A stretch of DNA of 63,998 nucleotides, filler included, from Piptocephalis cylindrospora (GCA_003614145.1; 6 parts of 6 records of this genome joined end to end with filler, not necessarily neighbours in it), one strand, 5' to 3'; counted from the first letter of the whole stretch, positions 37,160 through 50,673 are shown. Notes: a model not told the origin generated them from the sequence alone. Made by a program: numbers and translations.

Positions 37160-38693
37160 CTAAGAAGAAATGGCTTTCAGGGCTTTGCTGAGGATTCGAC
37201 TAGCCTCCTCCACCTCCCCATCCCCAATTATGAGGGGGGGGGATGATGCGCACAGCATTCCTCCCAGCTGCCACCAGAAGCAGACCCCGCTCCCTAGCTG
37301 CCACCACCAGCTGATTGCACATGTCCGCCTCCTTCATCTGGATCCCGAGGAGAAGACCCTCCCCCCTGACCTCCTGCACCAGGTGATCGTAGGGCTTGGT
37401 TGCATCAAGCAGGCTTTGCTTCAGGATCTTTCCAGTCTCACGCACATGAGCCAAGAAGGAGGGGTCATGGATCCGACCAAATACCTCCAGGGCAACCCGG
37501 CAGGTAAGAGGCGACCCGCCAAAGGTGGTTCCATGATCCCCAACGCCCATGCATTGGGCCACTCGTTCTGATATCAGAATCCCTCCAATGGGCACTCCAT
37601 TGGCTAGGGGCTTGGCCAGGGTCATAATATCTGGGACGACTTCGGGTCCATAGGCATGATGAGCCCAGAGATGCCCAGTTCGTCCCAGTCCACACTGGAT
37701 CTCATCAAAAATCAGGACGGCGCCTACTTCTGTGCACCGCTTGCGGACGGCCGAAAGAAACTCGGGGGTTGCTCCAACAATTCCGCCTTCCCCCTGGAAC
37801 GGCTCAATGATCACAGCACCCGTAGATTCGGTGATGTGCTTGTTCAGGCCAGTGAGCTCATTAAACGGCAGGTGCTGAACCCCGGGGATGAGGGGCTCAT
37901 AGGGCTTTCGGTACTTTTCCGTGGCCGTGACGCTGAGAGCCCCCATGGACCGGCCGTGGAAGCCATGCTCAAAAGCCACAATACCCGTCTTCCTGCCTGC
38001 CTGGTCGGGAAAAGCCCCCAGAGCGTATTTACGGGCGATCTTTAGGGCTCCCTCGTTGGCCTCGGTACCGCTGTTGGTGATGAAAACTTTGGAGAAGGAG
38101 TTGGGGCGGATGGCATTACTAGTGTCCACCAACTGTTTGGCCAAGCGCCCGGCGTATTCATTATGGAAGAGGTTGGAGATGTGAACGACCCGGGTGGCTT
38201 GATCCGCCAGCACCTCGGCCACGCCTTTATCTGCATGTCCCAGGGCACATACGGCAATACCTGCAGTAAAGTCCAAGTACTTTCGCCCGGCCGTATCCCA
38301 CAGATAAGCCCCATGTCCACGGGAAAAGACTACAGAGGGTTTTGCGTAGGTGTTTAGGATGTACGGGCTGGTTTCCTCTATGAGCTTTTTTGCTACAGGT
38401 CCGCCATCCGCATCAGCATGACTTGGCTACGGGAAGAGGGACATATGAGCTGAAAAGAGACACGGTGGTGAGATACGCGGTGGGACACAGGACGAAGTCT
38501 TACAGAAGAGGCCTTGATAGAGGTGACTGAAAACGCACGAAGAGACCTTTGAGTAAGAGGTGTAGGGGCCTAAGGAGGGGAGAGGAGGAGAGGGGAGGGA
38601 AGAGGATAAGCGATGGATGACGCGACGAGGCATGAAGATAGCACCATCTACCTTGGCCTTTGAAAGCGTTCGGGAAACTATGGCGCGAAACAT
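37160..38693 (-). CDS. ARG8: Mitochondrial acetylornithine aminotransferase (one extra base in the G9 run at 37234-37242)
   Basis: YLDFTAGIAVCALGH, NSGTEANEGALK, FHGRSMGALS, LIFDEIQCGLGRTG, TLAKPLANG, HGTTFGG, EVRGEGL; N-terminal presequence exons from ATG 38693. Confidence 0.95.
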
Positions 38694-39308
38694 GGTGGTA
38701 GAGGGAGGGAAGAAAGTACTGGGGGGACGGTGAAGACAATGAATGAAAGACGATATCACGAGAACTCTTGGATATATCCCATCTGAGTGTGGATTGGTTT
38801 TATAACCTTTAGCTGCGGAGCACACGGGAGAAATCCAGGGGAGGGGGTGACGCTTGTTTAGATCAGAGACCCTAGGGATTAATTATTTAGAGAGCAGCAT
38901 ACTGTTCCGTTCAGTATGAGTCACCCCCTTGCCATCAGAGCGCAGATAGATGTTAACGTACTTGACTGAAAGATCATGTTTTATGTAAGTAAAAGCATGT
39001 ACGGATCTCATAGGCCATAAGGATTAAATGATATATGATCTATCGATTATTCTTATGGATCTGCGTGTAAGGAGATGTAATGGATGCTTTTCATCGCTCA
39101 TTCTCCACCATCTGAATCTAATAGTGTGTTTCTAGATGATCTAAGATTCCTTTGGGTGGAGCGCCATAGGCCACGCTGCTTGTTGATGCTACGGGCGCGC
39201 CATGGGCGTGATGTGCGTGCCATAAGCGCAAAGCTCATGGCTTCCCCTTTCCCCTCTCCTCCCCATCACATCACTCCATCCTCGTAGTCATTCCAACATT
39301 GTAATAAT

Positions 39309-40690
39309 ATGGAGCTCCTTGTTAAAATAGCACAAAAGGAAATACCTGCAGGGCAAAAAGACCTGCGGAATCTAGTGGAGGATTTGGCGACGCGTCGGCT
39401 TGGATCCTCTGGAGCTCCTAGGAACCTGGAGGAGAGATATAAACAGGTAAGTCGTTTATCGAAGGATGTCTCAAACTTCCCCGCTCATGATCCCTTGAAT
39501 GAATTAGGTCTATGCCCACCGTCAATCCATGAGAAAAAAGCGAGCAAGGGTGCTCCTGCTTACGCGCATGATGGATACCATACTGTATACCCCACCTACC
39601 CAGCCAGGGATGTGGGAGGTCATGGAGGTGAGCTGGATAGAGAGGGGAATATTCAAGAGTATCATCCCATAATGACCTTAGTGTATGCTCCATTTGCTTC
39701 CCCAATCCTGGGATAGCGCACAGAGGAGCTATGGCTTCAAGGCCCTTCAGCATCCACCAGATGCATCCAAGCTGAGGAAGTAGGTTGATCTCTACCCCCA
39801 TGGATGACGGGGTAGTGGGAGCGGCACATGCTCAGTTATCTTACCTTGTTCCCCAATCATCCTTTCTTAGGACCGACAGGATCTCCAGAGCCGTGCTGTA
39901 CATATTCTTCAACATGCTTGTGAGGATGCCTTTGGGTTCATGGGGCCTGAAGAGATTGGCTCCCAAAGACGGTCCTCCTCACGTCCCACCCCATCTGAAT
40001 GGAAAGGTCTACCTCGGGAGATCCGAGAGAAGCAGGATAACATCCGGAGAATGGATCATCGTTGTACCCTCTTACAACTGGACTATGTTCACCACCTTCG
40101 GGATCATGCCAAGGTAAGGCCTTCCGATCCGTCATGGTCCATCACCCTCTGACTCTTTGATTCATAGGCGCTCTCTGAGTACATCCTCACGGTCAAGGAG
40201 GTCATGGAAGAGGCTCATCCCCGGACCCAAGCTCATGGTGTCGCCCAAGCCACCTACCATTCTTTAGTCATGGAGAGTTTAATCTGGAAGACACGGTCGG
40301 TTCTAGCATCAATGACCATATTGTAGCTTACCTTTATACTTCGCACTCATCCAGCAATGTCCTCGGTGAAATAGGTCATTACACGAGGCAATTCTCTCAT
40401 CGATCTATGATCGCCGATCCATTCAAGCGCTGGATCTGGCGAGGTAGGTGATGAATCCACCTATGTATGACCAGCGATCCACAACACCCTCTCTGACCCC
40501 CTCTCCTTGTAGATCTGGTTTAGAACAAGAACTGGAGGCAGTGGAGGCAGCCCTTCTCCAGGCAAAGACTCGCTTGGCCCACTATCAGCAATCCGATGAC
40601 GTGTACCAAGGCCTAATACGCGCATACACGCACATCCGCAACAAAATGAGCCAGGTTCAAGAGGATGTGGATCGCATTCGGAACGGGTGA
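39309..40690 (+). CDS. Coiled-coil protein resembling augmin subunit HAUS4, about 7 exons
   Basis: Consistent GT-AG exon chain; C-terminus ILSSIYDRRSIQAL..LEQE..RLAHY...DDVYQGLIRAY..I parallels the HAUS4 C-terminal pattern; N-terminal LVEDLATRRLGSSG. Confidence 0.55.
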
Positions 40691-40901
40691 GGGCCGCCTA
40701 TATCTTCATTACCACCATTCCCCTCTCAGCACAAGCAGAAGAATGAACTCACTGAATTATTAAATCAAAATAAAATAAAATCATCACGGGTACATCCTTT
40801 GCGACCCACGCCATCCCTCATTGTCTGGGATTTGTCATTTTTCCGACAGAGAGGACGGGAGGGAATTATAAATCTGTAAAAGAGGTGACGTCCCTGATCA
40901 A

Positions 40902-42254
40902 TCAAAAGGAAAAAAGATACTGCCGAAGCATGACACCCAATAGCGCCCCAAAGATCACTGCGATCAACAAGTCCCATTCTCGACGGGACATGCCAAAGGG
41001 CATGATCCGATCCCCAGTATCATTTGGCGCTTGTGGGGCCATGGGATGGGTAGGAGCTTGTCCCGTGGGGGGAGGGGCTCTTTGAGGCTGGACGGGTACT
41101 GGGATGATGCCTTGAGCTTGTTGTTGCACAGGTGCTGAAGTTGTGTCTGGTGACTGGGATGGTTGTGGTGCTGGTACAGGTACAGATGCTGGGATAGCAT
41201 CCTGTCCTAAGAGGGATGTCTCTTGGGATGCAGCCTGAGCCGAAGTATCTTGGGATAAAGTCCTCCCCAAGGTTTCATATGGTTCCGTTGATGAGGCAGA
41301 AGAGCTGATAAATGGGGCGCTTGAGATGTCCTCTTGGATCATAGTATCATTTGCCTCCTCTTGGACGATCAATGGGTTTTCCACCTCGTTACTTTCTTCT
41401 ACAAAGGTTGATTCAAGATCCTTACCCTCCTCTGATCCCGGTTTCTTCTCGGAGGCAATTTTTTCGTCTTTTCCTTCTTCACTCTCCTCATTTTCCCCAG
41501 AAGCAGTCAATTTCTTCTCATAGGTCTCATGGAACATGGATACGTCCTCCTTGGGAGACTTTCGATCCTCAGGATCCACCTTACCATCTCCGGGTAATAA
41601 CTCTTCCATAGTAGATTCGCATTGAGAACATTTCCAATGGGCTGAAGCACGTGCCATTTCCTTTCGATCGCTATCCCGGTAATCTAGGGCACCAACGGCC
41701 CCTTCGCCCTTTTGTGGAAAGAAGGAAATGATGGCGAGTAAAGCCGTTCGGACTAGAGGGAACGAAATGAGTATTCAATTCATCTGTCTTATTCTACAAG
41801 TCCCTCACCATAAACAACATACCACCCCAGGCCGGCTGCCAGAACTCAGGATGGAACCCGGTGATGGTGAGACAGATCTTGGTGTTGATTTCGAACCTTC
41901 CACTGGGCTACTCAGGAGGGTAGAGTGAGTGAGTAATCGCGTGGAGAGGGCATACTTACGAGATAGACACTCGTCCCTGAAGATCAGCTTGGCCCTCCTC
42001 CTACTTACCGTCAGGAAGAGGATGGAGGGGGGCTTAAAGGGATAATCAGCGGGAAGGAGGATTCTCCCGTGGTACCGGCCACCTTCAAACGCCGTACCCT
42101 CAGGCCCGCGTACGGTAAAGTGCCATTCAAATAAGTTATCCTCCAGCGGTTCGGCCGTGTACGCCGGATCCGTGTCCTCGGCCAACTCCTTGCACTCCCG
42201 GAGGATACGCTTGACCGACGGAGAATTGCGGTTATAGCGGCCTTCTGGTGACAT
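40902..42254 (-). CDS. UBC6: ER tail-anchored ubiquitin-conjugating enzyme (Ubc6/UBE2J1 type)
   Basis: YNRNSPSVKRILRE..AEPLEDNLFEWHFTVRGP..FEGGRYHGRI..YPFKPP..|PSGRFEINTKICLTITGFHPEFWQPAWG; C-terminal TM LLIAVIFGALLGVML. Confidence 0.93.
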
Positions 42255-42522
42255 GGCTAGGTGGATTGATGGGATCAAAAGAGGCTACAAAAGATTTTGA
42301 GGATTCTTGGAATGAGGATGAGGATGAGCGAGAGGAAAGTTCACGCCTTCAGGGGAGGGGATCAATAGCGGGGGAACGGAATGATACCTCAATTGCCCTG
42401 CCCTAGGGAAGCAGGATGGACAGCGGGGCTACCTAGCCAGTCAAGTCTTCCAGAGCTGGGCACAGGTGGAGACTGTGGCATATGGGCGTGTCCATGCCCC
42501 AGCCTCTCTCATTGCTCGCTCG

Positions 42523-42568
42523 CTCACTCATTCACTCACTCACTCACTCACTCACTCACTCACTCACT
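42523..42568. repeat. (CACT)n microsatellite
   Basis: Direct tetranucleotide repeats. Confidence 0.9.
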
Positions 42569-42970
42569 GTGTACATCTCCATCCCTGCAAAGGCCTACAT
42601 GATGATCCATGAAGGTAAGCGCGCATACTCCCTTTCAGGGGAACAAGGGATTATGTATTTATATTGGCTTATGCTCACGTTAGGATACGCCGATCCTTTC
42701 GGGATGGACCATCGGCATCGGGCAAGTCACCATGGATCTTCAAGGAGGAGGGTCTACGTGTTCGATGAGTGTGAACTCAGTGATATCCCATATCAATGGT
42801 CGTACGTGACCCATGTGATGGGATAAAGGACATCAGGAAAGGGCAAAATGGTTTATAAATAGGATAGGAGTGCTCCTCCTAAAAGTCATTCCCATCCTAT
42901 AACCATCCATTGCCCTCTCCATCCTTGACCATCTCATCAACGTCCCTTTTTCACCTATTGACCCTGAAAG

Positions 42971-43549
42971 ATGACTACCCTAGACGAGGGAACACTTCCC
43001 TCCCCGCATATCACTGCTTGGCTTGTTCCTCCTGATGAGGCAAGTATCTCGAAGCTTCAGTCCTGGCTACAAAAACAACACTCGGCATCCCCAACCTTCC
43101 AAACCCATCTGACTCTCCTGGCTCCACTTCCCCCAGGGGATAAGATGATAGAGGTAACACGCAGATTGGCCAAGCAGACGACCCCTTTTATGGTCCATCC
43201 CACTGGGGTGAGCACCGGTCCGGGATACTTTGAAAATGTTATGCTTAAAGTGGAAAAGACTAATGGATTGGATGACCTGTATGAAAAGCTACGAAAGGCC
43301 TTTCCCGGAGTCCAGCCATCCTCCGCCTCGGCCTTTACACCCCACCTCTCTCTCCTCTATGGATTAAAGGATGAGGAGGAAAGGCAGTCAGCAGCCAAGG
43401 AAGTTATGAATTGGTCTGGGTGGAAGGAATCGCCTTGGGATGGACAAGCCTCATTTTTGGCTGATCGGATCGTCCTGATTGATTGCGGTGGAACCACTGA
43501 AGATTGGAATCTGATCGAAACCATATCCTTTCAGGGAACTACCACTTGA
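42971..43549 (+). CDS. 2H phosphoesterase (cyclic phosphodiesterase, CPDase-like)
   Basis: AWLVPP, FQTHLTL and FTPHLSLLYG (two HxT/S motifs); TATAAATA at about 42854. Confidence 0.88.
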   Translation: MTTLDEGTLPSPHITAWLVPPDEASISKLQSWLQKQHSASPTFQTHLTLLAPLPPGDKMIEVTRRLAKQTTPFMVHPTGVSTGPGYFENVMLKVEKTNGLDDLYEKLRKAFPGVQPSSASAFTPHLSLLYGLKDEEERQSAAKEVMNWSGWKESPWDGQASFLADRIVLIDCGGTTEDWNLIETISFQGTTT

Positions 43550-44154
43550 CAAATGAGACGATGAGGACGACTAGGGATATACAATGAGAATAGACGTAAG
43601 GGGGAAAGCTGAATTACTTTTTAAACCTCACAGCCTCTAGCTAGAGCGAATGCTATTGAAATGCAATTTATTGCAATAGAGACATCAATGTGCATATTGG
43701 CCTATACCTAAGAAAGCCGGAGGGCCCCATGGGTTTATCACAGCTGGTAAAGAATGAGGAAACGGACTAGGCAATTCTGCAGGGATAAATCATAGAGTAA
43801 GATGCGATAATGAATCACAAATCCATGGTCCTTTCTATCAAAGAATGCCTTTAATATATACACATACCGCTGGAAGATGAATGCTCATCTCAGGAGCATA
43901 GCCTGTGCCAGGGGGGTTAAGCCCTGCGACCGAGCACACAAACATGCCATACCATCCCGTAGGACATCCTCCCTTGGCGGCATAGCCATGAGAATAGGGA
44001 GGAAAACAGGAAAAAAAGACGCCTATGCAATGAATGAACGAATGAGTCCTGAATGAGATTAATCCAGCAGCATATATCCTACAGATAGACTACGAACCAG
44101 CTGAAGACCCAATTTTGAACCCTTCTTTGAGGATACGACACACACAGCATTCCT

Positions 44155-44254
44155 NNNNNNNNNNNNNNNNNNNNNNNNNNNNNNNNNNNNNNNNNNNNTT
44201 AATTAATTAANNNNNNNNNNNNNNNNNNNNNNNNNNNNNNNNNNNNNNNNNNNN
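44155..44254. other. Artificial contig linker
   Basis: N44-TTAATTAATTAA-N44. Confidence 0.99.
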
Positions 44255-44288
44255 CTATTCTTCCCCCTTATACATCTCTCTTGTACAG

Positions 44289-45765
44289 GTGGAGCATCCA
44301 GTGACAGAGATGATCACTGGAACGGACTTGGTGCACTGGCAGCTTCGGGTAAGGCTTTGAGACTGGAATATGAGATCGTATGTCATTGAACTCACTCATC
44401 CTTCGACCTCCTCCCTCCTTATAAAGGTCGCTGCGGGTAATGCACTACCGATGGAGCAAGCAGATATTCCTATGCGTGGTCATGCCATCGAGGCTAGAAT
44501 TTATGCAGAGAACCCGAAAAAGAATTTTGTCCCGGATACGGGAAAGCTCCTAAGACTTCGCCCTCCTCACACCCACATCACGCCCACCAGGTCTGTCCGA
44601 GTGGATACTGGAGTGGAGGAGGGAGGTGAGGTGAGCGTGCACTACGATCCAATGATTGCCAAGCTGATTGTCCATGGGCCTGACCGACCCGAGGCCCTTC
44701 GGATGATGGACAAAGCCCTTGGAGATTACCAAGTGGCTGGGCTCTCCACAAACATTGAGTTCTTGCGTAATATTGTCACGCATCCTGATTTCCTTGCTGG
44801 GGAAGTGGAGACAGGATTTATTCCGGTGAGTACTCTTTATGGAATATGGGAAATTCATCCTAAACTGACTACACTTTCTTTTCTCCTCGGAACGGGAGTA
44901 GAAACACTCCAAAGAGCTATTTCCCCCTGAGGAAAGTAAAGATTTCCCCGTCAAGACAGTGGGTAAGGCCATGCTCTCCCTACTCTTGCAACAGGAACAG
45001 GGTTACGTAGGTGCCTCTCCACCCCAGGAGGATCCTTACTCTCCCTTTTCCTCGGTTAAATCCTGGAGATTGGGACATCCCTCCTCTCGGACTTTAACTT
45101 GCCTCTGGGAAGGTATGAAGGCCCACGTGACTTTAACTCGACTGGATAGGCCAGATTCGTTCTACGATCTAAGTGTAGGTATCTATCATCTTTCATTTCT
45201 CTTCCGCTCCTGTTCTCACCCTTCTTCTGCTTTCCTATTCCAGGTCGAAGTTGAAGGGAATCCTGATATGAATTGCACCTATTCTCGAATTTTTGCTCGC
45301 CTGGAAAAGGGCCCGGACGCCCAGGGATTGACCAGGATCGAGATGGAAGGGTCGGAGGCCGAAGGGATGGGGGTTCGATCGAACGTGACGCTTAGTGTGG
45401 TGAGAAGTGGGGAGGAAGTGGATGTATTCGAACATGACACTCTTCAGCACACCACTTTGACCCTTCCCATTCCTCCTCATCTCCTAGTTGGGGGAGGGGG
45501 GGATGGAGGGGCTGGAGGAGCCGGAAATGTGCTTTCACCGATGCCCTGCAAGCTTACTCAAGTGCTGGTCAAGGCGGGGCAAAAAGTGTCGGCCGGGGAT
45601 GCACTGGTGGTAGTGGAGGCGATGAAGATGGAGCACGTGGTCAAGGCACCCAAAGATGGGGTGGTTGAGCGGGTGGTGTATGAGGAAATTGGGTGCCTGA
45701 TCCCAGAGAAAAAGGTTTTGGTGACGTTTCACTCCTCCGAGGAGGTCGTCAAGGAAGACGCATAA
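44289..45765 (+). CDS. 3-methylcrotonyl-CoA carboxylase alpha subunit, 3' part (5' truncated by contig start)
   Basis: [54 protein letters not shown]..biotinyl domain [12 protein letters not shown]. Confidence 0.9.
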
Positions 45766-46123
45766 GGGAGGGGAATGATGGAGGACGAGTGGCAAGTAGA
45801 TGGCAAAGGAATGAATAGTGCATTACTCGGATATTTGAATGTAGTACGTACATGGCACACTCTATCTATTGTAGACACATCCCCCCCACCGTGTATCAAA
45901 AGGGTGAGGATGAAAGTACGATCAATTGAAAACGGAAAGGTTGCATGGCAGACAAGCATGTATTACACAAAATGGAAAGAGAGTGTCAGGGATGATGACT
46001 TTTGGGGTTGATGTTTTTAAAGGCGGAGGAAAGAGAGGGAGGCGGGGGATGGCAAGGAGGACCTCTGATCATAATACGTGTCCATCTTATCCCGCACAGG
46101 ATTTCCAGACAGGATACCAGAGA

Positions 46124-47794
46124 TCACTGGAGAATGGTCTCGGTCTGGTTGTCGATCTTGCGGAAGCAAAAGTAGAAGATAATGGTCATGACACCGAGGA
46201 TACCAGTCTGAATTCCAAAGACATAGACAAAGTTGGGATCCTTACTCCAGATGGAAAGAATAAGACCGATGAGGGAACCACCGCAGTTGGTGAAGAGGAA
46301 GAGGGCGAGGATCAAAGACTTCATCTCACTGGGAGCTTGCTTGAAGGCGTACTCAAGGCCAGTGGCGGACGCAAAGATCTCGGAGATACCGATGAAAATG
46401 TACGGGGGCATCTGGAGCCAGACGGAGACGTCATTGACGGGGTCTTCACCTGCGGGAAGTCCGGTGAGATCCTGGAAGTCATAGTAAGGACCGGTTTTAT
46501 ATAAGACGCTTTGTAGGACGGTAACGTAGACGAAGCCAAGGGTACAGATGGTGAAGCCAATGGTGATACGGATAATGGGGCCAAGACGGAAGCCGAAGCG
46601 ACGCATGATGGGGAAAAAGAAACGGTCAAAGAGGGGGATGCAGATGATAATGACGATGGAGTTGACAAGGTTAAGCTGTTCAGGGCCCAGCCAGCTGGGA
46701 CGTTGAAGATTGATTCCCTGGTTAATGAAGTTGTCCTGCATGTTGCCGTAAAGGGCCCAGTAGAAGGGGTAGAAGAGGAAGACCTTGCAAGCCTGGATGG
46801 TACGGCCGAGACCATCGACGAAGAGGTCATCCCAGTCGCCGTCGGGGCCGGCACCCTTGGCAGCATTCAGCCAGTAGGAGCCCTGGGGAAGGTTATGCTT
46901 GTTGGCGCGGGCGTACTTGATGCACCGAATGACCTTTTTAAGAACGGTACCATTGGGGGCCTTGGTAACATAGGTTTTACGGCCGACAACGACGGCGACG
47001 ATACCGAGGAAAAAGACAAGAGCGGGGATCATGAAGGCGTATGCGTAACTGGTCTTAGCGACAATGGGGCAGACGAGCTGACCAACAAAGGAGCCCATGT
47101 TGATAGCCCAGTAGAAGTAGCGAAAGACGGATTCAACAGTCATACGGGAATCTGTGTAGACACCGACGACCTTGGTGGGCCTAATACCAGGTTGGATCTG
47201 TTCAGCGGCAAAGGCAGAGACATTGGACTTGATACCACCGGTTCCAGGGGCGATGAAAAGGAAAAGGGAGAGGCAGAAACCAGCCAGACCAAATCCGGCG
47301 GAGACGGAGGCCGGGGAGGCCGACGAAGACAGGAGGATGAGACCAAGCATGTAGACGACGGCAAAAATGACGATGGTTCTATACTTTCCCCAGTAGGTAT
47401 CGGCGATGAAGGCTCCGCCCATGGCGGTGAAGTAGGCGAAGAAGGTAAAGCATCGATTGATGGCAGTGGCGGTGTTTTTGGCAAGACCTAGATGCTGAAG
47501 CATGTACTGCTGGAAAAGAAGGGATGCTCCGTAAAAGGCAAATCGCTCACAAAGCTCAGTGGCAATGATGAACCAGGCAGGGAAGGGAACGCGCCCGGCC
47601 TTGCGTACGATAGTAGGGTCGTTGGCCAGGGAAAATTGATCAGCCTCCCATTCGGCTGTTGAAACATCCTGCTCCAGGCGCACATCATCAAGTTCTTTCT
47701 CGACCTTAGGATCGGATGGAGTCAGGGGAGGCATGGGATTCTCATCAACGCCCTTTTCTGACGTGGGTCGTGAGTGAATCTCGGAGGGGCTCAT
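46124..47794 (-). CDS. PTR2: POT/PTR family di/tripeptide transporter
   Basis: ELCERFAFYG, GAFIADTYWGKYRTI, GTGGIKSNVS, FYWAINMGS, GLEYAFKQAP; intronless 556 aa. Confidence 0.95.
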   Translation of the reverse strand: MSPSEIHSRPTSEKGVDENPMPPLTPSDPKVEKELDDVRLEQDVSTAEWEADQFSLANDPTIVRKAGRVPFPAWFIIATELCERFAFYGASLLFQQYMLQHLGLAKNTATAINRCFTFFAYFTAMGGAFIADTYWGKYRTIVIFAVVYMLGLILLSSSASPASVSAGFGLAGFCLSLFLFIAPGTGGIKSNVSAFAAEQIQPGIRPTKVVGVYTDSRMTVESVFRYFYWAINMGSFVGQLVCPIVAKTSYAYAFMIPALVFFLGIVAVVVGRKTYVTKAPNGTVLKKVIRCIKYARANKHNLPQGSYWLNAAKGAGPDGDWDDLFVDGLGRTIQACKVFLFYPFYWALYGNMQDNFINQGINLQRPSWLGPEQLNLVNSIVIIICIPLFDRFFFPIMRRFGFRLGPIIRITIGFTICTLGFVYVTVLQSVLYKTGPYYDFQDLTGLPAGEDPVNDVSVWLQMPPYIFIGISEIFASATGLEYAFKQAPSEMKSLILALFLFTNCGGSLIGLILSIWSKDPNFVYVFGIQTGILGVMTIIFYFCFRKIDNQTETILQ

Positions 47795-50673
47795 AGTGTG
47801 GTTTTTGTGAGAAAGGATGAGAAATGGTTCAGACTATACTAGAGGCCAAACCAAGTGGATGGTGTGTGGCGAAAGGATGATCAAGGAATGAAAGTCAAAG
47901 ATGGTATGACTGATAGGGTAAGAGGGGAGGGTAGACAGGAGGGGGGAGGGAAGGTGGTTTGAAGGATAAAGACACTAGGGATGGAATGGAGGAAAGAGGG
48001 GGGGAGGGAAGGGGGAGGGTGCATGTGCAAGTATCATTAAATAGATACCAGGCCTGATTCCTTCCCCCTCAGGGTCACCCGCCGTCTGTAACCCCCATTC
48101 ATGCGCTAGGGTCTCATAAAGGATCATGGACCTTGGAAGAGAGGTTTCTCCCTCATCGCTCTCCCCCTATCACACGGGGGAGGGAGTGATGGAGAGATGG
48201 GATGCGAGGGTGAGGGTCACACGCTCAGCCTAGAGCGTAGATGGGAATAATGAGAGAGTCACGGACGAGGTACTAGAAAAGGGGGTGGGGGATTAACCAT
48301 GCCATCATTCCCATCATCCTATCGAATAAGGATGAATAATACTAATGGATCCAAGAAGGGGGAAAAGTATACACGAGTCGCCCCCACTTTCTGCTCCATG
48401 CCATTACTATTGCTCTGTCAAATAGTAATGCCGAGCGGCTAGTTGTAATCGGAAGGGTGTAAGATGCACACCAACGGACACATGGTCTAAGCAGGAAAAC
48501 TTACCTCAGACAGGAATGGAGAAGGGCTGGTTCGGTTCTTCGGCTGATCCAAAACCAATAAGGGGAAACGATAACTACTCTACTCATTGGTAATGATTAT
48601 TGAATTCCGACCAGGTAGTGTGAAGAGATGGCACATAAACCCGGGTATTACCAACAGCACAGCACTTGATACTCCCTTCCAATCTCTGATACGTACTAGC
48701 AGAGATCTACGAGGAATACACGATCTGTCATAGGTGGAGACATGCAGGACTTGTTTCTTGCTGGAGGAAATGAGCGCAGTATCGGGAAGCCCTTGAATCG
48801 GGATCACAGAGGGTCCTCATTTTCCTTAGTTACCACCCTCTATCGTCGGTTGAGACGGGGAAACTGTGCATTCTATCCCAAGGATTGGTCCAATTGATGT
48901 GAAAGGGGAGGATGGCGAGAGGAGCAGGATCCTTGCAGGGCAATTGTGCGCCAACACACATACATACGCTGAGGAGGCTTATGTCTGTCAAAAGGCCTCA
49001 CAAATGCTTGTGTAGAGTTGCACAAAGTTATGGGGCGGTAGTAGGGATATGTGCGCCAGACTGCTTATACTGTAGGTTATGGACCAGGTCGTGTGCGGCT
49101 TGTGTCAGTCCTGCAAGGCAGGAGGACCTTAAGAGTATTGATTGGCATAGGAGGGGAAAAGTGACCGCTCATCCACATAAATTGGAAATACTCGCTCACA
49201 CAGACTTACCAGTCATGGAAAATATCTTGTATGATGCCTTATCCCTTTTTTACATGGAGAGGGGGAGAGGACATCTACATCTCTCCCAGACCCTTGAAAT
49301 GATGGGGGGCTTTGGCTAGTGTGCGCCTACTTTCCACTTGGAGAGCGGTGGGGCAAGAACGTCACGATAGCAACAACCGTGGAGCTTCGGCTTGCCGTTT
49401 CAATTTCTCATGGGAATAGGATGGACGAGGCTGAGGATATGGAAGCGCCACGACCTGCTGTTGTTTACAGGAAGGAAGAGGGATGAATGTGCGCAAACTT
49501 GAAGGAGATAATGCGTGTGGATTTGAAGGGGAAGATGCGCGTGCGAACTTGATAGTATGCGCGTGCACTTTTTTTTGGGGAGTAGCAGATACTAATAATC
49601 ATCATTGTTCAAACTCATCTACACCAATAAAATGATCCATCCCTTTGAAATGGGAGGGGTAGGAAGAAGCACGTCCACTTCCAACAGTCCATATCCATGG
49701 GGCTTGTGGGTGTAGAGGAGGATTAAAGTAAGATGACGGATTTTTTTTCCCATACAGGCATTCAAGCTTGAGGGAGGACATGGGTCTCCTAGGATGGAAA
49801 ACCCGGATGAATCAGTTCCGTCCGTGCTTGTAGAGGAAAGAACTCGACGATAATGGGGATTGAATAGGCTGGCTTAGAGAATAGAGAGAGAGAGATGGCT
49901 TAGAGAGTAGATAGGAAGCAATCCTCGCACACTAGATTGGACGTATGCATCTTTGAAGAAAATATTCTTTGGGCCGTAAAGCTAGAGTAGAATACATGAC
50001 GGACATGAATATTGCTGTTGCTGTGTAGTCGGACTACATGAAATGTCTGTACATCTCTCTACGAATATCTCTGCAAGTCGACTGAGAGAAAGTGCATCTC
50101 GACGGAGAGTAAGTGTTTCTACAAGTGCCGACTGACACCACCCTCTCTATTCAGTAGCATAGCGGCTCATTTGGAAATTGGCATGTATTAACATGGGGTA
50201 TTAAATTCAACAGAAGAAATGTCACCATGATCAACAGCTGGCACATGACAACGTGGTATGATCCTCCCACTCCCTAAAGTCACATTCGAGAATGGGATTT
50301 AGGAAGAGGAAGGACCGTGTCATCATGCACACAAAGGCGCTGGACCAGTGGTAAATTACTTTAGCACAAATAAACCTTCAACGCATGCTCATGGGGATAG
50401 GAGCAGCATTGTACACAGTTGTGCAAAGTGGAGATGAGAGTGGCCTCTGGGAGGGCTTGCTCAGCATACCCGTTTCCTTCTCTATCTCTCCCTCCCCACA
50501 CGTACAAATGCCCATAGGCACATTGTCCTCTACCAACAAAAGCAAAACACGCTCACACTCAACATTATGATCAAATCACAAGGCACATCAAGCAAATCAT
50601 CCCCCAGGATCTATTAACTTACACATCTACCCAGTATCTGTACACGGTTTCAAAATTGGATGGTCATTGAGAC

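Noticed and set aside
46703..47491. Long antisense ORFs over PTR2 (similar ones over LAM, DLIC, KRR1)
   Set aside because: Expected shadow ORFs from codon bias on the coding strand
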